Source: an uncultured archaeon (GTDB lineage Archaea > Thermoproteota > Bathyarchaeia > Bathyarchaeales > Bathycorpusculaceae). From it: a stretch of 64,000 bases of DNA. Position numbers and translations under genes: made by a program. This document shows, piece by piece, positions 49,987 to 59,358 of this stretch. Each line of letters starts with the position of its first letter. The stretch's first letter is position 1. The stretch is from positions 192,001 through 256,000 of the forward strand of contig CAWALK010000015.1 of the NCBI GenBank assembly GCA_963782915.1, read 5' to 3'. The notes beneath the pieces are model-generated. The model had not been told where the DNA came from. It was given only the letters and a program-made list of their open reading frames with translations, and searched no databases.

Positions 49987-50432
49987 TGTGATGCATCCTT
50001 TTTGGTATATGTTGGCTTCATGACTGAGGCGCCTTTATCGGTTGTTGCTAACTCGAATAGGTCTGACTGTTTGATTGCGTTTCTTGGGCATGTTTCTACG
50101 CATTGGTAGCAGAACACGCATTTGTTTAGGTCGATTTGGGGACGCTGTTTCCCGTCTACTTCAACGATTGTTATTGCATTAGCTGGGCAGTCTCTTTGGC
50201 AAACTCTGCAGTTAGAGCCTCGCATAGCTTTAATGTCGAAGCGGAAATCTTCACCGCATTCGAAGTCGATGGCATTGCATGATTTGATTTCATAAACCAT
50301 TTTGCCGCGGCTTTCTGCTGGAAGGGGTGGTCTTACGAAGGGATACTTTGTCGTCGCTGGCTTAGTGAATATGTGTGATATTGCGCGTCTAAATATTGGA
50401 GATATCCGTGATTTCGATTTCTTTTGTGCCAT
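49983..50432 (-). CDS. NuoI-like 2x[4Fe-4S] subunit
   Basis: PAT.KYP, CRVCQRDCP, CVFCYQCVETCP. Confidence 0.88.
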   Translation of the reverse strand: MAQKKSKSRISPIFRRAISHIFTKPATTKYPFVRPPLPAESRGKMVYEIKSCNAIDFECGEDFRFDIKAMRGSNCRVCQRDCPANAITIVEVDGKQRPQIDLNKCVFCYQCVETCPRNAIKQSDLFELATTDKGASVMKPTYTKKDASQ

Positions 50433-50438
50433 CTAATT

Positions 50439-51449
50439 TTACACTCCAATCCCAAAGAAGGGATGATAGACCCATGTTACCAATGCAACAGTTACCATCA
50501 GTGAAATTAGCGCTGCAGGCAGCAGTATCTTCCAGTTGCCAGTTAAGACTTGGTCGATGCGTAAGCGGGCGACGACTGTTGTGATGTATTCGCTGATTAT
50601 TACTACTACGAGTAGTTTGAGTACGAACCATAGTGTGTAGAAGAACCAGTCAAGTCCAAAGAAGACTGGTCCGTTTGGTCCACCTAAGAATAATTCTACT
50701 ACTAATGCTGAGCCGAAGACCACTTGTACGTCGCGTGTTAAGTGTAGGAATGCAAGTTTTGCGCCAGTATATTCTGTTTCTAAGCCGCCGACGACCTCAG
50801 ATTCTGAGTGTGGGACGTCGAATGGGTCTTTTTCAAGTTCAGCTTGCAGGGTGATTATGAATAGTACGAATGCCCATGGAGCCAATAGGATGAAGGGTAA
50901 GGGGGCTCCTGCTATTGCAGAGATGCTTAGGCTGCCGGCGATGAATGCCGGTGTTAATGCCAGTAGGAACAGGGGGATGTCGTAGCCTAAGAATTGGGTT
51001 AAAACTCTTGCTGAGCCAATTGTGCCGTATGGATTAGATGAGGCCCAACCTGCGAGGAACAATAGGAAGTTTGCTATTGTGGCAAATACTAATATGATGA
51101 TTAAATCGCCGCTAAAACCGCCAATATTGGCGCCATATGATAGGACGCTTGCGCCGTCGATGGGTAAAAAGCACATGGCAAAAACCATGATGGCGAAAGC
51201 TGCCAGTGGAGCAAATCTGAACACCCATTTTTTGGTGTCTCTTGGTTCAATATCCTCTTTAGTTAACAGTTTGATAAAGTCTGCTAAGGGCTGAAGAATA
51301 CCGCCTGGACCCGCAACCATGGGACCGACCCGGTTTTGTATGCGTGCTTCGATTTTACGTTCTACCCAATCGCAGAACAAAGTTAAGAATAGGATGAATG
51401 TGAATCCTGGGAAGACTAGTATGCGGAAGATTAGTTCAAAGTCAATCAT
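50439..51449 (-). CDS. NuoH-like membrane subunit
   Basis: ERKI.ARIQNRVGP...GILQPLADFIKLL.KE, PFD....ESE...G..TEY. Confidence 0.92.
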   Translation of the reverse strand: MIDFELIFRILVFPGFTFILFLTLFCDWVERKIEARIQNRVGPMVAGPGGILQPLADFIKLLTKEDIEPRDTKKWVFRFAPLAAFAIMVFAMCFLPIDGASVLSYGANIGGFSGDLIIILVFATIANFLLFLAGWASSNPYGTIGSARVLTQFLGYDIPLFLLALTPAFIAGSLSISAIAGAPLPFILLAPWAFVLFIITLQAELEKDPFDVPHSESEVVGGLETEYTGAKLAFLHLTRDVQVVFGSALVVELFLGGPNGPVFFGLDWFFYTLWFVLKLLVVVIISEYITTVVARLRIDQVLTGNWKILLPAALISLMVTVALVTWVYHPFFGIGV

Positions 51450-51462
51450 GTCGTGTCACCTA

Positions 51463-53037
51463 TCACCGGTCTGTGCATGAGAAGCAGGGGTCTAAGCTAA
51501 CAAAGTTCGGTGGAATGTCAGCTATGCTCTCACCTATGGCCGTTTTGAGGAATGATGGAATGTTAGCGAATGTTGGTGTGCGGATTTTTACTCGGTCAGG
51601 CATGTCGGTTCCGTTGCTGCGTACATAATAGAAGAGTTCGCCTCTTGGTGCTTCCAAACTGCAAACTGCTTCGCCGGCTGGTACGCTTCGGGCTACATCC
51701 ACACGGATTGGACCTGAAGGTAAATGGTCAAGTGCATATTCGATGATGTTGATGCTTTCTTCAACTTCGTCCATACGCACATTCATTCTTGCCCATGTGT
51801 CGCCGTCTGGATAGACGATTTCTTTGAATGGGATTTCGCCGTATGCTTCGTAGGGTATGTCTTTGCGTACATCCATGTCTACGCCAGAGCCTCTTGCAAC
51901 TGGACCCACAACGGACAGTTCTAGAGCGTCTTTTCTGCTTAATGTTCCAACGTCTTTCATGCGTAAGCGAATTGATGGTTCGTCAGTGTAGATTTTTCTG
52001 TAGAATGGCAGTTTACCCCTCAAATCAGATAGTACTGATTTAATCTTGGGGATATGCTCTGGGTTTAGGTCTCTTCTGACTCCGCCGACGGTCATGAGTG
52101 AACCGTACACGCGGTTGCCGCTGGTTAATTCGATCAAATCCATGATTGGTTCACGGTCTCTCCAGAAGTACTGGAAGACTGTTTCGTAGCCGATTTCTAG
52201 GCCTGCGTGACCCAAAGTTAGCAAGTGACTATGTAATCTGTTAAGTTCTAAAGCGACGACGCGTAGATATTTTGCTCTTTCTGGAACGGCTGGTTTAAGG
52301 ATTTTTTCAACTGCCCCAACGAAGCCGTAGGCATGGCAGGGGTTGCAGATACCGCAGACACGTTCAACAAGGTAAGTGTCTTGGAGGTATGTTCGGGATT
52401 CAGTGGTTTTTTCGATGCCACGGTGAACATAGCCGATTCTGGGTTCGACTTTAGTGACGGTTTCGCCGTCTACTGTTACTGAGAATTTTTCTGGTTCCAA
52501 CAGTGCTGGATGTTGTGGACCGATGATGATTTTTACTTGTCGTCCTTCCGCGGCTTTGTTTGCTTCGCGTTCTGGTGTTGGGACAAGTTTTACTTTGGTT
52601 GGATCTACGTCTTTTCGTAGCGGATAGACGCCGTCTGGCCAGTTCTCTGAGAGGACAAAGTGGCCGTTGAATTCGTTTCCGACGAAGACTACGCCGAATA
52701 AGTCTGTTACTTCGAGTTCATGGAAGAGTGCGCCTGGATGAATATCGACGACTGTTTTGATTTTGGGGTCTGCTCGTGGTACTTCGGCTTTGATTGTGAA
52801 GAATGGTTTGGTTGTGTGAACGTGATAGTATACGCCGAAAGTTGCGCCGAGGTCTAAGCCGGTGATGGCTGTTATGCCGGTTTTCTCGTCGGCGGCAAGC
52901 ATGGCTTTTAGGACGTCGTAGTGCAGGCCGTTGTTTGCGGTTATGGCTGCTGCTCCTAGTGCGTCTTTTTGGATTTGGATTTTATCGCCGAATTTCGATT
53001 CGAGTAAACCTATCATATCTACGTTATTGTTTGCCAT
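51463..53037 (-). CDS. Group 4 [NiFe]-hydrogenase large subunit fused to a NuoC-like domain
   Basis: L1 ERVCGIC and L2 DPCFSCTDR at the C-terminus; [20 protein letters not shown]. Confidence 0.92.
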   Translation of the reverse strand: MANNNVDMIGLLESKFGDKIQIQKDALGAAAITANNGLHYDVLKAMLAADEKTGITAITGLDLGATFGVYYHVHTTKPFFTIKAEVPRADPKIKTVVDIHPGALFHELEVTDLFGVVFVGNEFNGHFVLSENWPDGVYPLRKDVDPTKVKLVPTPEREANKAAEGRQVKIIIGPQHPALLEPEKFSVTVDGETVTKVEPRIGYVHRGIEKTTESRTYLQDTYLVERVCGICNPCHAYGFVGAVEKILKPAVPERAKYLRVVALELNRLHSHLLTLGHAGLEIGYETVFQYFWRDREPIMDLIELTSGNRVYGSLMTVGGVRRDLNPEHIPKIKSVLSDLRGKLPFYRKIYTDEPSIRLRMKDVGTLSRKDALELSVVGPVARGSGVDMDVRKDIPYEAYGEIPFKEIVYPDGDTWARMNVRMDEVEESINIIEYALDHLPSGPIRVDVARSVPAGEAVCSLEAPRGELFYYVRSNGTDMPDRVKIRTPTFANIPSFLKTAIGESIADIPPNFVSLDPCFSCTDR

Positions 53038-53561
53038 CTTGTTTTACCTCCGCAACTACTGGAGTTGCCATTGGTTGGGCAACTTCTGTTTTGGGCTCCT
53101 CTTTAGGGGCTTCAATTTGTTTTTGTTTCTTTACTTTTGGCGGGTTTATTGCGTTAAGAAGCTTGACGCATCCGTCGATGATTGCTTCTGGGCGTGGTGG
53201 ACAACCCGGTATGTAAGCGGAAACAGGAATAACCTTGTCAACGCCGCCCAAGAACGTTATAGTTACCTTCGAATACTCCGCCGCTGCAGGCACATGCGCC
53301 TATGGCGACGACGAATTTAGGTTGGGGCATCTGGTCGTAAACACGTTTTAGTCGTTCAGCACATTGCTGAGTAACACAGCCCGTAACTAATAGTACGTCT
53401 GCGTGTCTTGGTGAAGGTTCAAGTTTTATGCCAAAACGTTCAACGTCATATTTCGGCGTTAGCAAGGCGACGATTTCTATGTCGCAGCCGTTGCAGGCGC
53501 CAGAGTTAAAATGCAGGACCCAAGGCGATTTTACGCGTGCCCAAGTTTTTGTATCAGTCAT
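53024..53561 (-). CDS. Group 4 hydrogenase small subunit (NuoB-like), frameshift near 53249
   Basis: SPW...[37 protein letters not shown]. Confidence 0.9.
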
Positions 53562-53911
53562 TAATCTTTTCCTCCGTCTAGAACAACTATTCCCGCGGCG
53601 AGGATTATGCCGAGGTAAAGGATTAAGAGAAGTGGATTAGCCACGGAGATTGCAAACGCGGCAAAAGCTAGAACTAATACTGATGAATCGAAGATTACGA
53701 AGTAAATCAGGTACTTGTAGAGTGAAACGTTGATTTTGAGTCCTTGGAAGGATACTTTTTCTCCGCAGGCATAGGCTGCCTGTTCGTTTTCGCTTATTGC
53801 GGTTTTTGGGGCGGATCTTTTACCTAAAATGTAGATGGCGTAGGTTGATACAAAGATTAGAACGAATGCGATGAGAGCTTCAACAAGGGCGTCAAGAGCG
53901 GTAATAATCAT
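53561..53911 (-). CDS. NuoA-like subunit
   Basis: YACGE loop, Y.IYFVIFD; three TM helices. Confidence 0.88.
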   Translation of the reverse strand: MIITALDALVEALIAFVLIFVSTYAIYILGKRSAPKTAISENEQAAYACGEKVSFQGLKINVSLYKYLIYFVIFDSSVLVLAFAAFAISVANPLLLILYLGIILAAGIVVLDGGKD

Positions 53912-54268
53912 GCTTTTTTCTCTCCGTACATGCTTTTATTCATTAAAGCTGCCTCAGGGATAGAGACAAGTTTGCACTTGTTATATCCGAAAGCGTTTGT
54001 ATGAGCGTATTTAAGTTTATCTGCATGGGAACTAGCCAAATGAACAATGTCCAGCAAGGTCACGACTGAGAAGTTACTGGTGTTTTTCTGGAAACAGCCT
54101 AGCATAGTCTCTCCCACGCTTTTCTCTCCCCATACTACCCCGAGTTATTTCAGTAAAAGCATCACACTTACATTTAAATTTTGAGACCAAGAAAGTGGTG
54201 AATTTCATGAATTTGTCAAAGATTCGAAATCTATACTGAAAAACCAGGGAATTCCCCGTAAATGGGGG

Positions 54269-55375
54269 TTATACGGAGATTTCGTCGCTCAAACCGTTCT
54301 CGGGATATGGGAACAGGTGGGCTTTATCAAGCGGGTAGGTGATGGTGACTTCTTGGCCGATGCTAACCCAATCCTCAGTCAAAGAAGGCCTGTTGATTAC
54401 GAAGCGGTCGCCGTTCACAAGCCTGATTTCGTAGCGCACAATCGTGCCTTCGAAAGTGGTTTTTTCGATTTGCCCAAACAAGCCGTTGTGGCCTTCGCCG
54501 ATTAAGCCCAGTTTCATCTCGCAGGTTTCAGGCCTAATCGCGAAAACGACGCGGTCACCCAACTTTATGTTCCGCTCGTTGAATGCTTCCACACAGTAAC
54601 CCTCGCGTAATTCTATTTCCGCGTTTTTGCCGTCCACTTTGGTGATGTAGCCTTCTAAGAGGTTGGATTCGCCGATGAAGAAAGCAACAAAGAGGCTGTT
54701 GGGGTGCATGTAGAGTTCTTTGGGGGAGCCGATTTGTACGATTTTCCCTTTCTTCATGACGGCGATGCGGTCTGAGATGGACATGGCTTCTGATTGGTCG
54801 TGGGTGACGTGGATTGCGGTTAATTTGAGGTCTTTTGCCATTCTTCGTATTTCGTAGCGGATGTCGTTGCGGACTTTAGCGTCCAGTTGCCCCAATGGTT
54901 CGTCCAGGAGCAGTGTTTTTGCGCCTGCCGCTAATGCGCGGGCTACGGCGATGCGTTGCATCATGCCGCCGCTGAGTTCGCTGGGGTAAGCGGTTACGCG
55001 TTCGCTAAGTTTTACCAGTTCAAGTACTTCGTGTCCGATGGTTTCGGCTTGTTTAGCGTCATAGTTTTTGACTTTGGGGCCGTAGAGTACGTTGCTCCAT
55101 GCGGTCATGTGGGGGAAAAGGGCGAATGTTTGGAATACGAAGCCGATGTCGCGGTCTTCGGGCGGGTCTTTGTCGACTCGTCGGTCGCCGATGTAGATTT
55201 CGCCGCCGTCAGGTTCAATCAAGCCTGCGATGACGCGGAGGAGCGTGGTTTTGCCGCAGCCGCTTGGGCCTAGGAGCGAGAAGTATTCTTGGTCATGTAT
55301 CGTTAAGCTGACGTTGTTTAATGCGTAGACTTTCCCGTATTTTTTGGTGACGTTTACTACTTTTACATCGGGCAT
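54269..55375 (-). CDS. ABC importer ATPase (PotA/FbpC-like) with TOBE domain
   Basis: GPSGCGKTT, VFQ.FALFPHM, LSGG, LLLDEP. Confidence 0.93.
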   Translation of the reverse strand: MPDVKVVNVTKKYGKVYALNNVSLTIHDQEYFSLLGPSGCGKTTLLRVIAGLIEPDGGEIYIGDRRVDKDPPEDRDIGFVFQTFALFPHMTAWSNVLYGPKVKNYDAKQAETIGHEVLELVKLSERVTAYPSELSGGMMQRIAVARALAAGAKTLLLDEPLGQLDAKVRNDIRYEIRRMAKDLKLTAIHVTHDQSEAMSISDRIAVMKKGKIVQIGSPKELYMHPNSLFVAFFIGESNLLEGYITKVDGKNAEIELREGYCVEAFNERNIKLGDRVVFAIRPETCEMKLGLIGEGHNGLFGQIEKTTFEGTIVRYEIRLVNGDRFVINRPSLTEDWVSIGQEVTITYPLDKAHLFPYPENGLSDEISV

Positions 55376-55426
55376 ACCGTGTTCTCTCCTCTTGTTGGGT
55401 TATGATTGTTATATATTGTTATCATG

Positions 55427-57117
55427 TTAGGGTTTTCCTTTTCTGGTCAATAGCCTCAAAACGAGCAGTATGATGAAGCTAAACAGGATAAGCAAACCGC
55501 AGGCTAAAGCCACGTTTAATGCGTTGACTCCCGGAATCGGCGTTAATGCGCCTCTTACCGAGTTAACCCAGTTAACGATTAAGACTGGGGCGGTTTGTAG
55601 GTTTGTTGCTACGGCTAGGGATGCGCCTGTTTCGCTTATGCTGCGTGTGAAGACGATGATTGCGCCGGATAGGATGGAGTATTTCGTGATTGGCCAAACG
55701 ATTGTGCGGAAAACCGTTAGGGGTTTGGCGCCTAAGGTTTTGGAGGCTTCTTCCATTTCGATGCTTATGCGTTCCATTGCTGCGGACATTGAGCGTACGA
55801 AGTAGGGGTAAGTGATTGCTAAGTGTGCGAAGATTAGGAGCAGGAACTCGGGGATGCCGGGTAAGTTTGACCAGAAGAACTTCAGCGAAACGCCAAGGGC
55901 AATGGAGGGTACGATGATTGGCACGTTAATTAAGGTGTCAAGGATAATCGAGGGCCAAGATCCGAAGGTTTTGCGTGAAATAAGAATAGCCATCGGCAAA
56001 CCCAGTGCAATACCCAAAACCGTCACAATCGCAGCTAAAACATATGACAAGCCAAGGCTGCTCCAGAAACTTGCCCAAATCCCCGAGCCAGTAATTACCT
56101 CCATAAAAGTTTGCCCCGTAGCTATTGCTTGGAAAGCAGGCAACGCAACAAACATTGAGGGAATGAGTACGAGGAAGAAGAATACGGCTAAGGCGATGCC
56201 GTTGCGGGTTAGGGTGCCTTTTTTGTAGCTGAGTTTCTTTTCGTAGCCGACTAAACCGTGGCCAAAAGGCAACTTGAGTCTTTTGCCGACAACCCGTATT
56301 AAAACAAAGATTACGAGTGATACAACGATTAAGATGATGCTGGCAAAAACCGTTGCGCCTTCATAGGTGCCCTGTGAAATGGTGCCGCCTTTGAATTGGT
56401 TACTTACAGTTTGGATAAAGACGGGGCCGTTTAGGAACAAGCCTGCCGCAACGATGAATGTGGCGCCGGTTTCCGAGAGGGACCGGGCAAACGCAAGGGT
56501 ATAAGCCGCGATTAATGACGGTTTTATGATTGGGAACGTTACGGTTCTCGCCGCAGTTAATGGCGGTGCACCAAGGGTGCGGGAAGCACGTTCAAACTCC
56601 ACCTTGTAATCGAGCAAGGCACCGACGATGACGCGGACAACCACCGGGAACGAGAAAGTAAAGTGTAGGAGCATAACCAAAAGCCAACCGGGCGAAACAA
56701 ACGGTTGCCCAAACAAGTCAGAGATTCCGCCGCTTGAACTCCAAAACAACAGCAAGCGAATAACCCAGGGCGGCTGTGGGTACAACGAAGGGAAGGTCGG
56801 CTAATGTGTCCAGGACTGTTAGCCACCGTGATTTTCCTCGGGTGATAAGCCACGCCAAGGGGACACCGGCTAAAAGGTCTAAGGCTGCTACAACAAGGGC
56901 GATGATGAATGATGCTGCAATCGCACCCAACGGCAGTATTCATCAACGCGGGGTTATCGAAAACGTTTTGCAGCGAACCTGCTTTGGTTAGAATCCCAAT
57001 TAGCGGTGGAACAAAGATTAACGCGAAGAAAATTATAATCGCTGAGAGATAGAGAGTGTACTTTAAAGGTTTTTTAGACGATAAGCCATTGAGGGTATTC
57101 CAAACTTTACCTAGCAA
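55427..57117 (-). CDS. ABC importer double permease (FbpB/ThiP-like), two frameshifts near 56760 and 56925
   Basis: Two E.AS.TLGA loops; N-terminal segments split over three ORFs. Confidence 0.85.
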
Positions 57118-57562
57118 GGTGCCGCTCCCTGTGATTCAGCGATGTTTCTGCTCAAAAAGACATTTAATTGAACACTCCACTATATTAGCTGTTACATAGA
57201 AGGCGCTTTTTCCCGATAGTCACAAACAGAATATATAGAAACAACTGAAAATACAGATTTGCAGGTAGCTGCTTGACTAGCTAAAGGTACTGAAGAAGAA
57301 TACAGCCTAAAAAGCCCAAAGAAACACCAAGAAAAACCCTACATAAGAAACAGCAGAGACGCAAGTAAATTACAGAAAACATGAAGTCTTGCTTAGCGGT
57401 TCTAAGTATAAAATTATTTATAAAAATGCATGATTGGTCAATTAATACTGGGCAAACTACAAACTCGCCAGAAGAGACTCACTGATATCTTGAACTATGC
57501 AAAATAATATATCCATCTAGCAACAAGGCAGACAGCTAAACCTATACAGGGGTAACCGACCA

Positions 57563-58807
57563 ATGGCTAATCAGTCTTCACCCGATAACGTATTAGATAC
57601 TAAAGACCCCGGTGCAGATACCGCAAGAAGATACCGCTATCAGGCCGCCTGCACAGCACTTTTATCTCTTGACTTGCTGGACTCAGAGTCAGAATTTGAA
57701 GAATTATTTTGTGAACTGTTTGAAGACTTTATATTGAAACGCAAAGATGGGAATTTCACAGGTTACCAAATAAAGACTAAAAAGTTAGAGTTCGGCCCTT
57801 TCAGTTTAGATGACAAAGCTATCGTTAAGGCGATAAACAAGTTCATATTGATTGAGGCTTCGTTTCCTGGAAAATTCATTAATTTTATCATAGGTTCTAA
57901 CTGTGGCTTTTCCAATGAAGAACCACACGCAGAAAATAATCTGTGTAAGCTCTTAAACGAAGTCAGTAACGACTCTATGAAAACGGGCAGCAAAAAATGG
58001 GTAAAAGAATTTACGGCTAACTCTAAAAAAACAACCGAATTAACCATTGCGGTACTGAAAAAAATTAGGTTACAGCAAATGCTCGATTTGGATAAGTATG
58101 AAGATACATTAACAAGCCGAGTGGCGGCTATTATCGGCGAACAATATGATTATGCAATTGCTTGCAGGAACGCACGTTTGCTTATTGACCAAATGTTTAG
58201 GCAATCAGCGATTCCATGTGATGTTTCAAAATTTCATTATTTCCAATTTCATAAAGACCCTGAAGCTTGTTTAGCTCGTGCTACTATACAAGACAAGCGT
58301 GTAACAAGAGCAAAAGTTGAAAATATAATCAATAATTCTTTAGAAGAAACAATCCCCCTACGTTATGTTAATCCTGTAGACTTATCAGAATTGCCAAAAG
58401 GAATGAGAAAATTAGAGCTTAAACTAGCCAAAGGTGGTCTATCGTCGGGAAACATATTCAACGCTAAAAATCAGAAGTTTTCAGCAGATGCACTCATCGC
58501 TCGTTGGGTGAATCGATATAGTGAGACTAATCAGGCGCCAATAAATTATGAAGACATTAGCTCTAAAGTTCTGAATGTATGTTTGGAGGTTCATGACAGA
58601 TTAATAAATGGAAATCAACCGGTTTTCGGCACAGAGATGTTGAATCAAGTAAGAGAACTCCTGCAAAAAAAGTTTGACGAAGAGTTGCACAGGATTTATC
58701 CAGAGTGTAAATATGAACACATACTGGGAATGGCTATGATTTTAACGGAACAATGTTTGGTTTGGTGGAGCGAGACCTTCCCAATACCGGAGGAAACACC
58801 AATTTGA
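57563..58807 (+). CDS. Lamassu/ABC-3C effector: Cap4-like (DUF4297) PD-(D/E)XK nuclease + C-terminal domain (LmuA-like)
   Basis: D.G......Y.YQ, E..ED, YQIKTK nuclease motifs; C-terminal G....LT..C.V.W. Confidence 0.8.
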   Translation: MANQSSPDNVLDTKDPGADTARRYRYQAACTALLSLDLLDSESEFEELFCELFEDFILKRKDGNFTGYQIKTKKLEFGPFSLDDKAIVKAINKFILIEASFPGKFINFIIGSNCGFSNEEPHAENNLCKLLNEVSNDSMKTGSKKWVKEFTANSKKTTELTIAVLKKIRLQQMLDLDKYEDTLTSRVAAIIGEQYDYAIACRNARLLIDQMFRQSAIPCDVSKFHYFQFHKDPEACLARATIQDKRVTRAKVENIINNSLEETIPLRYVNPVDLSELPKGMRKLELKLAKGGLSSGNIFNAKNQKFSADALIARWVNRYSETNQAPINYEDISSKVLNVCLEVHDRLINGNQPVFGTEMLNQVRELLQKKFDEELHRIYPECKYEHILGMAMILTEQCLVWWSETFPIPEETPI

Positions 58808-59358
58808 CGCTTTTCTCAATTCTCAATAATCTTGAGAAAAATGATGACATTCATGTTGCCAGAATCCTTGTTCTCCTGAAAACATACTCTAAGGATCAAT
58901 ACGGTCCGCCCATTAGAGGCATTACAAAACTAGTAAAATTAGATTTTCTCCTTAGATACCCCATCTATTTAGAAAGAGCACTAAAAGCTATCAATTCTAA
59001 AGACGATGTTCAGGTATTGCCGTTTGAACGAAATAGTATCGAATCGGCGATGATAAGGTACCACTACGGTCCTTGGGACCATCGGTATCGCCGTTGGATT
59101 AACTTACTTATGGCCAAGAATTTAATTAGCGTAAGAATGGAAAAAACAACAGTAGTTATTCAATTGACAAAAGATGGTAATGAAAAAGCAACTCTGTTAT
59201 TACAGCAACCTTGCTATAAGCAAATTGGCAATAGATCAAATGTACTAAAAATGAATTTTGGTAAGTACACTGCGATGAAATTAAAGGATTTCGTGTACAG
59301 CACGTTTCCAGAAATTAAAGGTAAAAAACTTGGTGAGGAAATTCTGAATGATCTTTAA
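58804..59358 (+). CDS. ABC-3C middle component (LmuC position), winged-helix-like
   Basis: TTG overlaps effector stop (TTGA); GITKLVKLDFLLRYP...MIRYHYGPWD...LT..G. Confidence 0.7.
   Translation: MTLFSILNNLEKNDDIHVARILVLLKTYSKDQYGPPIRGITKLVKLDFLLRYPIYLERALKAINSKDDVQVLPFERNSIESAMIRYHYGPWDHRYRRWINLLMAKNLISVRMEKTTVVIQLTKDGNEKATLLLQQPCYKQIGNRSNVLKMNFGKYTAMKLKDFVYSTFPEIKGKKLGEEILNDL

Noticed and set aside
44108-53640. Long alternate-frame and antisense ORFs over the hydrogenase, hppA and ABC genes
   Set aside because: Shadow ORFs arising from codon bias, with no motifs
1399-57117. About 15 frameshifts (hisA-like, methyltransferase, pilin, both SBPs, ncsA x3, proA, hydrogenase small subunit, permease x2, others) as programmed frameshifting, phase variation or pseudogenisation
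   Set aside because: Single-base indels scattered through otherwise intact housekeeping genes with no shared slippery motif; best explained by long-read consensus errors (read mapping would confirm)
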